From Alphaproteobacteria bacterium (GTDB lineage Bacteria > Pseudomonadota > Alphaproteobacteria > UBA8366), in assembly GCA_028281325.1 (NCBI GenBank), contig JANQKC010000015.1, positions 20,282-84,281 on the forward strand: a stretch of 64,000 nucleotides of DNA, read 5' to 3'. Position numbers and translations under genes: made by a program. The stretch's first letter is position 1; every line of letters starts with the position of its first letter. The notes under the pieces were generated by a model. That model did no database searches, was not told where the DNA came from, and was given only the letters and a program-made list of their open reading frames with translations. Below, piece by piece: positions 45,236 through 54,983 of the stretch.

Positions 45236-45802
45236 ATGTTCAGCGTGCTCCACGACAAGTTCATGGCGGCTTCCCGCGTCGCCGTTTGGTGCGGCGGCTT
45301 GGCGCTGCTGCTGTCCGCAATGATGGTGACCCTGGACGTGCTGTCCCGGAAATTCATCGGCTTCACCATCAGCGGCGCCGACGAAATCAGCGGTTACGTG
45401 TTCGCCGCCAGCACCACCTGGGCCTATTCCTATTGCCTGTTGAACCGGTCCAATATCCGCATCGATTTTCTGTACAACCTGTTGAGCGCCCGGCCGCGCG
45501 CCTTTCTCGACATGATCGGCCTGCTGCTGCTGCTCTATTACATCTATCTTCTGACGACCAAGGCCTTCGTTCTGTTTCTGGAAAATGTCGAACAGGATGC
45601 GACGGCGCAGACAACTCTGGCGACCCCCTTGTGGATTCCGCAGATTTTCTGGGTCTCGGGACTCGGATTCTTCCTGCTTACGCTGATCTTCGTCGCGGTT
45701 TACGGGTTCGTCGCGATGGTCCGGCGGGATTGGGCCACGGTCAACCGGATCGCCGGCGTACGGACCGTCGAAGAAGAAATCTCCGAAGAGACCCATGTCT
45801 GA
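45236..45802 (+). CDS. dctQ: TRAP transporter small permease
   Basis: DVLSR, GADEISGY, IRIDF, P.WIPQ; 4 TM segments. Confidence 0.88.
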   Translation: MFSVLHDKFMAASRVAVWCGGLALLLSAMMVTLDVLSRKFIGFTISGADEISGYVFAASTTWAYSYCLLNRSNIRIDFLYNLLSARPRAFLDMIGLLLLLYYIYLLTTKAFVLFLENVEQDATAQTTLATPLWIPQIFWVSGLGFFLLTLIFVAVYGFVAMVRRDWATVNRIAGVRTVEEEISEETHV

Positions 45803-45847
45803 CTCGCTGTCCGGCCATAGCGAACCGCCGCATGCAGCAATGCCGGG

Positions 45848-47143
45848 GTGTCGACCATGCCCCTTCTGATCGTCGGGATTCTGTTGCTCCTCGTCGTCGC
45901 GGCGGTGCCGATCGCCGCCGTCCTGGGCATCCTCAGCCTGACCCTGGACGAGATGTTCATGCGGGGACGCCGGTCGCTGATGCTCGGCGACTTCGTCTGG
46001 GAACAGAGCATCGAGTACATCCTGGTCGCCATCCCGATGTTCATCCTGCTCGGCGAGATCATGCTGCGCGCCGGCATCGCGCTGCGGATGTACAACGCGG
46101 TCATTCAATGGTTGTCCTGGCTGCCGGGCGGACTGATGCACGCCAATATCGGGTCGTCCGCGATCTTCGCGGCGTCGTCCGGGTCCAGCGTCGCGACGGC
46201 GGCGACCGTCGGCACCGTCGCCTATCCCGAGATCGAGAAACACGCCTATAACGAACGGCTGTTCCTTGGGTCGCTGGCGGCGGGCGGCACGCTCGGCATC
46301 CTGATCCCGCCCTCGATCAACCTGATCATCTACGGGTTGCTGACCGATTCCTCGGTGCCGGAACTCTACCTCGCCGGCATCTTCCCGGGACTGTTGCTGG
46401 CCGGGCTGTTCATGGGCGTTATCCTGGTCGCCTGCCTGTTCCGGCCGAAATGGGGCGGCGACAAGATCGAAACCAGCTGGGCGCAGCGCATTCGCGTGCT
46501 GCCTGACCTGCTGCCGCCCCTACTTTTGTTTCTAGCGGTCGTCGGGTCGATCTACGCCGGGATCGCGACCCCGACGGAGGCCGCCTCGATCGGCGTCGTC
46601 TTCGCCCTCGGGATCGCGGCCTACAACCGCGCGCTGACCGTCGACATGCTGAAACAGGCCTTCGAAGGCACCATGCGCTCCAGCGCGATGATCATGCTGA
46701 TCATCCTGGCGGCCGTGTTCCTGAACTTCGTGCTCGGTTTCATGGGCGTCACGCAGGCGATGCTGCAAACGATCGAAGAGCTCGGCTGGACGCCGATGCA
46801 GACGATGATCGTGATCATCTGCTTCTACATCATCCTCGGCATGTTCATGGAGACGCTGTCGATGATGCTGACGACGATCCCCGTCGTCTTCCCCATCGTC
46901 ATGCATATGGGTTTCGACCCGATCTGGTTCGGGATTCTCATCACCGTGCTGATGGAAGCGGCGCTGATCACCCCGCCGATCGGCATCAACCTGTATGTGG
47001 TGCACGGCATCCGGGCGCGCGGCGGCGATTTCAACGACGTGAGCGTCGGGGCGGTGCCGTTCCTGCTCGCCATGTTCGCGCTGCTCGCGCTGCTGCTGAT
47101 CTATCCGGAAATCGCCATCTGGCTGCCCCAGCAATTCTATTGA
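45848..47143 (+). CDS. dctM: TRAP transporter large permease
   Basis: AIPMFILLG, SGSSVAT, GTLGILIPPS, TPTEA, ITPPIG. Confidence 0.93.
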   Translation: MSTMPLLIVGILLLLVVAAVPIAAVLGILSLTLDEMFMRGRRSLMLGDFVWEQSIEYILVAIPMFILLGEIMLRAGIALRMYNAVIQWLSWLPGGLMHANIGSSAIFAASSGSSVATAATVGTVAYPEIEKHAYNERLFLGSLAAGGTLGILIPPSINLIIYGLLTDSSVPELYLAGIFPGLLLAGLFMGVILVACLFRPKWGGDKIETSWAQRIRVLPDLLPPLLLFLAVVGSIYAGIATPTEAASIGVVFALGIAAYNRALTVDMLKQAFEGTMRSSAMIMLIILAAVFLNFVLGFMGVTQAMLQTIEELGWTPMQTMIVIICFYIILGMFMETLSMMLTTIPVVFPIVMHMGFDPIWFGILITVLMEAALITPPIGINLYVVHGIRARGGDFNDVSVGAVPFLLAMFALLALLLIYPEIAIWLPQQFY

Positions 47144-47215
47144 CCCAGGCCGCAGGCGGTCCCACCGGCTCGAAACGGAGGACGCAGGCGGCTTTTCGAC
47201 AGAGGACATCGCCCC

Positions 47216-48100
47216 ATGACCGATATCGATACCGGCCTCAACGCATGGCAGTTCGCGACCAACCACAACCGCATGATCGCGTTGCAGGCGGACAAGACAC
47301 CGCCGGCGGACGGCCCGGTCGAGCTGGCTTATTTCGGCAGTTCGGCCTTCCGGATCACCACGCCCAAGGGCATCACCGTGATGGTCGATCCGTGGCGCAA
47401 CCACCCGTCGCACAAATGGGATTGGTATTTCCACGACTTCCCCATCACAGAGGTGGATGTCGGCGTCTCGACGCACGCGCATTTCGACCACGACGCGCTG
47501 CACCGGCTCGACGCCCATGTCCTGCTCGACCGGCTGATCGGCACCTATACCTTCTCGGACCTGACGATCCACGGCATCGCCGACAAGCACGCGACCGACT
47601 CCTGCTGCGCGATCTACGACTTCAAGAAGATCCACAAGCATTTTCACGGGACCGATATCGAACCGCCGAACAATCCTCGCTCCTGGGACCATTGCCTGAT
47701 CGTCATCGAGACCGGCGGCCTGCGCATCCTGCATTGGGGCGACAACCGGGCCCAGCTCTCGGACGAGATCTGGGACGCCGTCGGCGACATCGATATCGCG
47801 CTCATTCCCGTGGACAACTCGCAGCATGTCATCGGTTTCGGTGCGGTGAACCATATCGTGGACACCCTGAAGCCGAAGGTGGTGATCCCGCATCACTATT
47901 ACATCTGGGACATGGTCCAGCGGCAGAGCACGCTGCAGACGCCCAGCAACTGGCTGGCGAAATACGACAACGTGGACGAGATCGGCGGCCCGACGCGGAC
48001 CTACACCAAGGAGTCGGTGGTCGGCCTCGACGGCGCGATACATTACTTCGGGGACCACGTCGCCTTCGACAAGAAAGCCTGGTTCGAGGAAGGAAAATGA
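47216..48100 (+). CDS. Metallo-beta-lactamase fold hydrolase
   Basis: DPW, THAHFDHD (HxHxDH), HWGD, IPHHY. Confidence 0.85.
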   Translation: MTDIDTGLNAWQFATNHNRMIALQADKTPPADGPVELAYFGSSAFRITTPKGITVMVDPWRNHPSHKWDWYFHDFPITEVDVGVSTHAHFDHDALHRLDAHVLLDRLIGTYTFSDLTIHGIADKHATDSCCAIYDFKKIHKHFHGTDIEPPNNPRSWDHCLIVIETGGLRILHWGDNRAQLSDEIWDAVGDIDIALIPVDNSQHVIGFGAVNHIVDTLKPKVVIPHHYYIWDMVQRQSTLQTPSNWLAKYDNVDEIGGPTRTYTKESVVGLDGAIHYFGDHVAFDKKAWFEEGK

Positions 48101-48867
48101 CGCCCTTGGCCGAAGCACTGTTACACGCCCGCCTGCACGGCGGCACCGTCCCGCGTCCCGATGCCCTGTCGCTTGACGACGCCTATGCGGTGCAGCGGGA
48201 AATCGCCGCCGCGTCGGGTATGCAACAGGTCGGGTTCAAAGTGGGGTCGACCAGCCGCGAAGCGCAAGAGAAACTTGGTACCGACGAACCGGGCGCGGGC
48301 CCGCTGTTCGCCCCGACCGTCCATGCCAGCCCGGCGACGATCGCGATCTTCCCGGAGCATATTCCCGCAATCGAGGGCGAATTTGCCTTCCGGCTCGGCC
48401 GCGACCTGCCGCCCCGAAAACCCGACTACTCTCGCGATGAAGCCATCAGCGCGATCGATGCCGTCGCCGGCGCGGTCGAAGTGGTCGGCACCCGCTTCGA
48501 GAGGGGTTTCACCAAACTGGGCCGCGCGCTCGCCACGGCCGACGGCAGCGTGAATATCGCCTTCGCGCATGCAAAATGGGCCACGATCTGGCGCGACCTG
48601 GACCTTGGCCATCACGAAGTGGTCGCTTCGGTCAACGGCGAGGAACGCAAACGCGGCACCGGCGCCGAAGTTCTCGGCCATCCGTTCAACGTCCTTCAAT
48701 GGCTCGCAAACAAACTGTCAGCGGACGGACGCGGCTTGAAAGCTGGCGAGATCGTCTCCACCGGCACCTGCACAGGATTGATCGGCGTGAAGCCGGGCGA
48801 TACGGCGGTCTGTGATTTCGGTGGGCTGGGGGCCGTCGAGATCGAGTTTACGGACGCGGCGCGCTGA
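48097..48867 (+). CDS. 2-keto-4-pentenoate hydratase / FAH family protein
   Basis: AYAVQ, GFKVG.TS, IEGEFAF, GHP...WLAN, STGTC. Confidence 0.85.
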   Translation: MTPLAEALLHARLHGGTVPRPDALSLDDAYAVQREIAAASGMQQVGFKVGSTSREAQEKLGTDEPGAGPLFAPTVHASPATIAIFPEHIPAIEGEFAFRLGRDLPPRKPDYSRDEAISAIDAVAGAVEVVGTRFERGFTKLGRALATADGSVNIAFAHAKWATIWRDLDLGHHEVVASVNGEERKRGTGAEVLGHPFNVLQWLANKLSADGRGLKAGEIVSTGTCTGLIGVKPGDTAVCDFGGLGAVEIEFTDAAR

Positions 48868-48892
48868 TATCGACGGCCGGAGCCCCATCGCC

Positions 48893-48998
48893 CATCCTTC
48901 GAGACGCCGCCGGCCGCGGCTCCTCCGGATGAAGTGGTGTTTTGATATAAGGGGCGTGCCTCATGCTGAGGAGGGCCGAGAGGCCCGTCTCGAAGCAT
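48893..48998. repeat. REP-like inverted pair (longer variant of family 1)
   Basis: CATCCTTCGAGACG..CTCCTCCGGATGA / TCATGCTGAGGAG..CGTCTCGAAGCAT between convergent genes. Confidence 0.7.
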
Positions 48999-49030
48999 CT
49001 GCCATCGGTTCGAGCCTTCGCCGCTCCGAC

Positions 49031-49891
49031 CTACCCCAATTCGAAGGTCGTCAGTCCGTAGATGCAATCGATCGGCAGGTCCGGGGCCGTCCCCTTGTAC
49101 ATGCGGGCGGTCTCGAACACCGGCGCCATACCCGCCTGTTCGGCAAAGGCCGTCGCGGCCTTGTTGCCTTCCGGCGGATCAATGGAGATGTCTGATCCGG
49201 GCGCGACCGCGCCGACCAAGCCGGCGAACAAGGCCTCGGCGACCGCTTCGGAATCGGCGAATAACGGCCCGATCTTGTAGCCCCGGATGCACTCCCGGAT
49301 GACGCCATATCCGGCCAAACTACCGTCCACAATCGCGATCTTACCCTGGCGGCGGGTTCCCGACGCCGGGCAGGCCCATACCGTCGCGAAACCGTCGCGC
49401 GGCGCACCAAAAAAGGCGCGGTCATACGGCAGGAGCGCCGTAAGGTCGGCCTGCGCCACATCCCGGATGGCGACCCCACCCGCATCAACGGCGCCGAGTT
49501 TCGGAACGCCCGTGTAGCGGATGTTGCGGCCCGCCAGGACGAACCCGCTTTTCTTGTAATTCTCCTGCTGGTCGACGACGCCGTCGAGGCCGACGGTCCG
49601 GCCGTCGAGATGCGCCATCCCGGCGTTCCATATCGCAATCCCCGCGCCGGTCCCCCGCGCGTCGGGATGCGCGATGTAGAATCCGAGGAAGCCGTAGTCG
49701 TCGCCGTAGCGGACGACCGAGATGGAAGACACCGGCGCGCCGTCGCGGAACCCCATCAGGAATCCGTGCGGGTCCGCCGCGTGGAACACCGCTAGATCGT
49801 CCAGACCCGGGTTCCAGCCCTCCCCCATCGCCCAATCGATGGCGGTTTGGAATTCATCGGCGCCGACCGCCCGGATCACCAGATCGCTCAT
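49031..49891 (-). CDS. GNAT N-acetyltransferase (two-domain, YitH-like)
   Basis: WAMGEGWNPG..D, GFYI..P..RG.G.G, IGPLFAD, FETARMY. Confidence 0.85.
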   Translation of the reverse strand: MSDLVIRAVGADEFQTAIDWAMGEGWNPGLDDLAVFHAADPHGFLMGFRDGAPVSSISVVRYGDDYGFLGFYIAHPDARGTGAGIAIWNAGMAHLDGRTVGLDGVVDQQENYKKSGFVLAGRNIRYTGVPKLGAVDAGGVAIRDVAQADLTALLPYDRAFFGAPRDGFATVWACPASGTRRQGKIAIVDGSLAGYGVIRECIRGYKIGPLFADSEAVAEALFAGLVGAVAPGSDISIDPPEGNKAATAFAEQAGMAPVFETARMYKGTAPDLPIDCIYGLTTFELG

Positions 49892-50577
49892 CGTCGCTCT
49901 CCTCTTCCCACAGCGCCAAGCCCGGCGCTCGCCAGCGCTTCGGCCAGCGTCACGGCGGCGGCCACGCCATCGACCACGGGAATACCGAACCGCATGCGCA
50001 TGTCCCGCGCCAGATCGGCCATGCCGGCACAGCCCAGCACGATGGCGTCGCAGTCGTCCTCCGCGATCGCACGTTCGGCCTCCTCCGCCACCTTCCGCTC
50101 CGCCACCTCCCGCGCGAATTCCAGATCGAGCACCGGCACGCCCGCCGCCCGCACCTTAGCGCAGCGGGAGGCGAATCCGTAACGAGCGATATTCTCTTCG
50201 AGCACCGGTACCGAGACGGCGAGCGTCGTCACGACGGAGAACAGGCGTCCGGCCAACATCGCCGCGTGATAGCCCGCCTCGCCGATGCCGATCACCGGGA
50301 CCGGCGACCGGTCCTTCAGGTCCAGCAATCCCGTGTCGTCGAAACAGGCGATGATCAAACCGTCGTATCCGCCCTTCTCCACCACCTCCGCGTCGAACAG
50401 CGCGAACAGCCCGGGCAAGGCGGCGGCGCCGTCCTCCGGTCCCTGGATCGACGCCGGACCCTCCGGCGGGTTCAGGGCGACGATCTCCGTCCCCGGCCGC
50501 GCGGCCAGGCGCGCCGCCGCCGCGACGCTTTCGGTCATTTCGGCGGTCGTGTTGGGATTGATGACGAGAAGCCGCAT
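49888..50577 (-). CDS. Hydantoin/allantoin racemase family protein
   Basis: INPNTT, ACFDD, LGCAGM (two catalytic Cys). Confidence 0.9.
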   Translation of the reverse strand: MRLLVINPNTTAEMTESVAAAARLAARPGTEIVALNPPEGPASIQGPEDGAAALPGLFALFDAEVVEKGGYDGLIIACFDDTGLLDLKDRSPVPVIGIGEAGYHAAMLAGRLFSVVTTLAVSVPVLEENIARYGFASRCAKVRAAGVPVLDLEFAREVAERKVAEEAERAIAEDDCDAIVLGCAGMADLARDMRMRFGIPVVDGVAAAVTLAEALASAGLGAVGRGERR

Positions 50578-50580
50578 CGC

Positions 50581-51426
50581 CTAGGCCATGCCGTCGCCGG
50601 CGTCCGACCCGAACTTGGCCCGACGCCGCCGCAACAGAGCGACACCGCCGAGACACAGCGCGATGATCACGAAGGAGAAGGTCGTCGTCAGCGTGCCGAG
50701 CGCGTAGAGCACCGGCGTGGTGACGTTTGTGGTCATGCCGAAGATCTCCAGCGGCAGCGTGTTGTCCGACCCGGCTGTCAGCAGCGTGCGCGCAAACTCA
50801 TCATAGGACAAGGTGAACCCGAACAACGCGACGCCGATCAGGCTCGGCGCGATGATCGGCAGCACAACATGCCGGATCGTCTGCCAGGGGGTCGCGCCGA
50901 GATCACGCGCCGCCTCCTCGTAGGATTTATCGAACCGGTTGAACACCGCGAACATGATGAGCAGGCCGAACGGCAAGGTCCAGGTGAGATGCGCGCCCAG
51001 CCCCGAGGTCGACCAGTGCACGTCGAGGTCGACGATGTTGAAGATCAGCCCGATGCCGAGTGAGATCAGGATCGAAGGGATGATCAGGCTGGCGATGGTC
51101 AGGTAGAAGACGACCGACGAACCGCGGAAGTTCTTGCGGAAAGCGAGCCCCGCCATGACGGAAATGACCAGGGTCAACATCATCACGATCAGGCCGAGGA
51201 CAAGCGAGCGCGAGAAGGATCCCCAGAAATCGCCGACCGCCTGCTGTTCGAACAGGTTCCAGAACCAATGCACCGACACCCCGTTCATCGGAAAGGTCAG
51301 GCCACCCTTCGGCCCCTGGAAGGACAGGATGCCGATGGTGATCACCGGCCCGTACAGGAACAGCACGAACAGCGTGAAGAACGCCGCCAGGAAATAGAAC
51401 CCGCGTCCGCGCTTGTCGCCCATCAC
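50581..51426 (-). CDS. ABC transporter permease (PotC-like)
   Basis: EEAARDLGA, FTLSYDEF, TLPL. Confidence 0.9.
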   Translation of the reverse strand: MMGDKRGRGFYFLAAFFTLFVLFLYGPVITIGILSFQGPKGGLTFPMNGVSVHWFWNLFEQQAVGDFWGSFSRSLVLGLIVMMLTLVISVMAGLAFRKNFRGSSVVFYLTIASLIIPSILISLGIGLIFNIVDLDVHWSTSGLGAHLTWTLPFGLLIMFAVFNRFDKSYEEAARDLGATPWQTIRHVVLPIIAPSLIGVALFGFTLSYDEFARTLLTAGSDNTLPLEIFGMTTNVTTPVLYALGTLTTTFSFVIIALCLGGVALLRRRRAKFGSDAGDGMA

Positions 51427-52340
51427 AGCTCCTTCCGGATGTTCACGAAGCGCATCATGATGCCGATCATCAGCAGCACGGTGATCAGCAGGACCACCGC
51501 GCTGGCGGCCGCCGCCGGATATTGCAGCAGGGAAATCTCATTCTGGATGAGCCGCCCGACCGACGCCGATTGCGACCCCGACATAAAGCGCACGGTGATG
51601 AAATCCCCCATCACCAGCGTCACGACGAAGATCGAGCCGATCATGATGCCCGGCTTGGACAGCGGGATGATCACATTGGTCAGCGTCTGGAAGCTGCTGG
51701 CGCCCGCATCGCGCGCCGCCTCGATCAGGGACTTATCGATCCGCATCATCGTGTTGAAGATCGGCACGACCATGAACAGCGCATAGAGGTGCACGAAGGC
51801 CAGGATCACCGCGAAATCCGAGAACAGCAAAAACTCCAGCGGCTTGTCGATTGCGCCCACCGCGATCAGCGCGTTGTTGGCCAGCCCTTCGCGCCCGAGA
51901 AAGGGAATCCAGGAAATCATCCGGATGATGTTCGACGTCCAGAACGGGATCGTGCAGACCAGGAAGAGCGCAATCTGCCAGGTCAGCGACCGGACGTGGA
52001 ACGCCAGGAAATACGCCACCGTGAATCCGATCACCACGGTGAAGATCCACGTCAGGGCAACGTATTTGACGGTGGTCAGATAGGTCTGCCACGTCACCTT
52101 GGCGGTCAGGTGATACTCGTAATTCTCCAGCGTGAAATCGGGGAAGAAGGACCACTCGTTGTAGCCCCAGAAGGAAACGACGGCGATGGTGACGATGGGC
52201 ACGACGAGGAACAGCGTCAGCACCGTCATCAGCGGCGTAATCTGCAGCCACGCGCCGACGCCGTCGGTCCTTGGCATCCGCGTTCTCGGCGGCGCATCGG
52301 AAAGGGCGGGAGCCGCCGGGCTGTGATCGGCAAGGGCCAT
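51423..52340 (-). CDS. ABC transporter permease (PotB-like)
   Basis: IPFWTS.IIR, IEAARDAGA. Confidence 0.9.
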   Translation of the reverse strand: MALADHSPAAPALSDAPPRTRMPRTDGVGAWLQITPLMTVLTLFLVVPIVTIAVVSFWGYNEWSFFPDFTLENYEYHLTAKVTWQTYLTTVKYVALTWIFTVVIGFTVAYFLAFHVRSLTWQIALFLVCTIPFWTSNIIRMISWIPFLGREGLANNALIAVGAIDKPLEFLLFSDFAVILAFVHLYALFMVVPIFNTMMRIDKSLIEAARDAGASSFQTLTNVIIPLSKPGIMIGSIFVVTLVMGDFITVRFMSGSQSASVGRLIQNEISLLQYPAAAASAVVLLITVLLMIGIMMRFVNIRKEL

Positions 52341-52408
52341 GGTCACTCGCAACGAAACGGGTCGGCCCGGCGGCGAACCGCCGGACCGGAAATCATCCTA
52401 TCGCCTGA

Positions 52409-53701
52409 TCAAGCCGCGATAAACTCGTTCCATTTACGGACCATGTACCGATTCTCGTCCATGACCGCGTTCCAGCACGCGACCGCGCCCATGCGATCAT
52501 AGAACGAGCCGCCGTCGCGCACCGTGCCCGCCTTCTCCATCACCTGGCCGAACGGATTGACGATGTCCTTGGCGGCGGGCTTGCCTTCGAACCAGAAACC
52601 CCACTCGTCGGCCGACATGAATTTCTTCGACGTCTCCGGCACCGCCGAGTAATAGCCCTGGCGCATCAGGAAGCCGCCGACCCAGCCGTCGAGATACCAG
52701 TTGATGTATTCGTAGGCCGCGTCCAATTCGATGCCCTTGAGGTTGGACGACAATCCGATGCCCCCGCCCCACGACCGGTAGCCTTCCTTCAGCGGCTGGT
52801 AGACGCACGGGATGCCCTTGGAACGCACGGCGGTGATCGCCGGCGACCACATCGATTGGATCACCACCTCGCCCGACGCCATCAGGTTCACGCTCTCGTC
52901 GAAGGACTTCCAGAAGGCGCGGAATTGCCCGGCCTTCTTCGCCTCGGTGAAGATCTGCATCGTCTTGTCGATCTCCGCCTTGGTCATGTTGCCCTTGTCG
53001 CCGTATTTGATCTCGCCCATCGCCTCGCACACCATCGCGGCGTCCATGATGCCGATCGACGAGATGTCGAGGATCGAGGCCTTTCCCTTGAATTCGGGGT
53101 TCAGCAACTCGGCCCAGGTGTCGATCGGCCGCTTGATGAGATCGGGCCGGATGCCGAGCGTGTCCGCGTTGTAGATCGTCGGGATGAGCGTCATCCAGCC
53201 GGTCTCTTTATCGGCGAAGCGCTTGCCGCCGGGTCCTTCCACGAAGCCGACGGTGTGCGGCGCGGTGCCCTGCGCGATGGTCGATGTCGGCGTCAGCTTC
53301 CCGCTTTTGAAGATGCCGACGATCTTGTCGTAATTCTTGATCTTCGACACGTCCATCGCCTGCAGGTTGCCGGCGCCCCAGACCTTCTTGCAGATCCAGT
53401 ACTCGATATCGGCGATGTCGAAGGATTTCGGCTGCGTCGCCGCGCGCTGGGTCACGCTGTCGGAATCGAGCGCGGTCATTTTCAACGTGAAGCCAAGATC
53501 TTCCTTCACTTTCTTGGCGACTTCGTTGAGGTTCGACACGCCGGTGCCGAATTGGCGCAGCGTCACGTCCTTGATGTTCTGCGCCCAGATCGTCGGGAAG
53601 CCGGTGATCGCCCCCGACCCCGCCGCCGCCCCGACGGCGACAGCGCCGCCTTTCAATACCGTGCGCCGGTTCAGTCCCTTTTTCGTTACTTTGGTTTTCA
53701 T
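52409..53701 (-). CDS. ABC substrate-binding protein with Tat signal (PotD-like)
   Basis: NRRTVLKG twin-arginine signal, LMASGEVVIQSMW; CCGGCGG-TTCG-CCGCCGG hairpin downstream (52367-52384). Confidence 0.88.
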   Translation of the reverse strand: MKTKVTKKGLNRRTVLKGGAVAVGAAAGSGAITGFPTIWAQNIKDVTLRQFGTGVSNLNEVAKKVKEDLGFTLKMTALDSDSVTQRAATQPKSFDIADIEYWICKKVWGAGNLQAMDVSKIKNYDKIVGIFKSGKLTPTSTIAQGTAPHTVGFVEGPGGKRFADKETGWMTLIPTIYNADTLGIRPDLIKRPIDTWAELLNPEFKGKASILDISSIGIMDAAMVCEAMGEIKYGDKGNMTKAEIDKTMQIFTEAKKAGQFRAFWKSFDESVNLMASGEVVIQSMWSPAITAVRSKGIPCVYQPLKEGYRSWGGGIGLSSNLKGIELDAAYEYINWYLDGWVGGFLMRQGYYSAVPETSKKFMSADEWGFWFEGKPAAKDIVNPFGQVMEKAGTVRDGGSFYDRMGAVACWNAVMDENRYMVRKWNEFIAA

Positions 53702-53735
53702 GTTTTTTACTCCCTGCTGAGAAGTGATTTGTTGT

Positions 53736-54722
53736 TCAAGCCGCAAGTTGGTGGGCGTCAGCCGCGTTCCAGGACAGGAACACGGTGTCGCCTATTTCAA
53801 TCGGGTCGTCGAAAAAGTCGCCGTCCGGCAGCGAGACGGTGATGTCGCCGGCCGCCGCCTCCAGCGCCAGGTTCACGGTCGTGCCGAGGAATTCCACGTC
53901 GCGCACGCTGGCCTCCAGGGTCGATCCGCCATCGCCGCGCTTCGCGACGGCGATCCGGTCGGCGCGGATCGCGACGCGGCCGCCGTCCTGGTCGACCACG
54001 TTATGGCCGCCGATGAAGCGCGCGACGAATTCGGTCTTGGGCGCGTTGAAAATGTCGTGCGGCGAGCCGTCCTGTTCGATCCGGCCCTCGTTCATCACCA
54101 GGATCAGGTCGGCCAGCGCAAGCGCTTCGTCCTGCGAATGGGTGACGTGAATGAAGGAGATGCCGAGTTCGCGCTGCAGTTTCTTGAGTTCGAGGCGCAT
54201 GCGCAGCCGCAGGAAAGGGTCGAGCGCCGACAGCGGCTCGTCCAACAACAGGATCGACGGCTTGGTGATCAGCGCCCGCGCCAGCGCCACGCGCTGCTGC
54301 TGCCCGCCGGAAAGCTGGTTCGGGTACCGGTCGGCATAAGCCGTCATGTGGACCAGGTCGAGCAAGTCGCCCGCCGCGCCCAGCCGTTCGGCCATCCCGA
54401 TCCCGCGCATCTTGAGGCTGAAGGCCACGTTGTCGATCACGCTGAGATGCGGAAACAGCGCGTAGTTCTGAAACATCATCGCGGTGCCGCGCCGCGCCGG
54501 CGGCAGGTCGGTGATGTTCGTGCCACCGAGGATGATGTCGCCGATGCTGACCGTCTCATGCCCGGCGATCATACGCAGCGTGGAGGACTTGCCGCAGCCC
54601 GACGGCCCGAGCAGGCAACAGTAGGAACCCGCGTTGATACGCTGGTTGATCGCATCCACTGCGACGGTGTCACCGTATCGCTTGGTGACCGATGCCAGTT
54701 CGAGGGTCGCGTTCGTCGTCAT
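53736..54722 (-). CDS. ABC transporter ATP-binding protein (PotA-like)
   Basis: [31 protein letters not shown] tail. Confidence 0.93.
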   Translation of the reverse strand: MTTNATLELASVTKRYGDTVAVDAINQRINAGSYCCLLGPSGCGKSSTLRMIAGHETVSIGDIILGGTNITDLPPARRGTAMMFQNYALFPHLSVIDNVAFSLKMRGIGMAERLGAAGDLLDLVHMTAYADRYPNQLSGGQQQRVALARALITKPSILLLDEPLSALDPFLRLRMRLELKKLQRELGISFIHVTHSQDEALALADLILVMNEGRIEQDGSPHDIFNAPKTEFVARFIGGHNVVDQDGGRVAIRADRIAVAKRGDGGSTLEASVRDVEFLGTTVNLALEAAAGDITVSLPDGDFFDDPIEIGDTVFLSWNAADAHQLAA

Positions 54723-54762
54723 GCCATACCGGCCGTTGCGCCTGTGTCCCCAAATCGGGATC

Positions 54763-54777
54763 GCAAAGCCCGTACCA
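54763..54777 (-). promoter_or_regulatory. sigma54 (-24/-12) promoter
   Basis: Minus strand TGGTACGGGCTTTGC, GG-N10-GC. Confidence 0.75.
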
Positions 54778-54842
54778 ACCGGCCGAAACCGGTGAAACCC
54801 TTGAAAGTAAGCGAAGACTTACTTTTACGCCGGCGGCAACCC

Positions 54843-54917
54843 TGCCCAAACCTTAGGCAAACCGGCCAAGACCTGCACAAAACTCAACACGACCCGAATA
54901 TGCCCACATGTTAGGCG
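54843..54917. promoter_or_regulatory. NtrC-like upstream activator sites
   Basis: TGCCCAAACCTTAGGCA (54843), TGCACAAAACTCAACAC (54874), TGCCCACATGTTAGGCG (54901), versus TGCAC-N7-GTGCA. Confidence 0.6.
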
Positions 54918-54983
54918 GATGACGTCGCGCGACGCAATTGAGAAATCCCCGTTCCGGGCCAACCGTCACGAGCAACGATCCGG

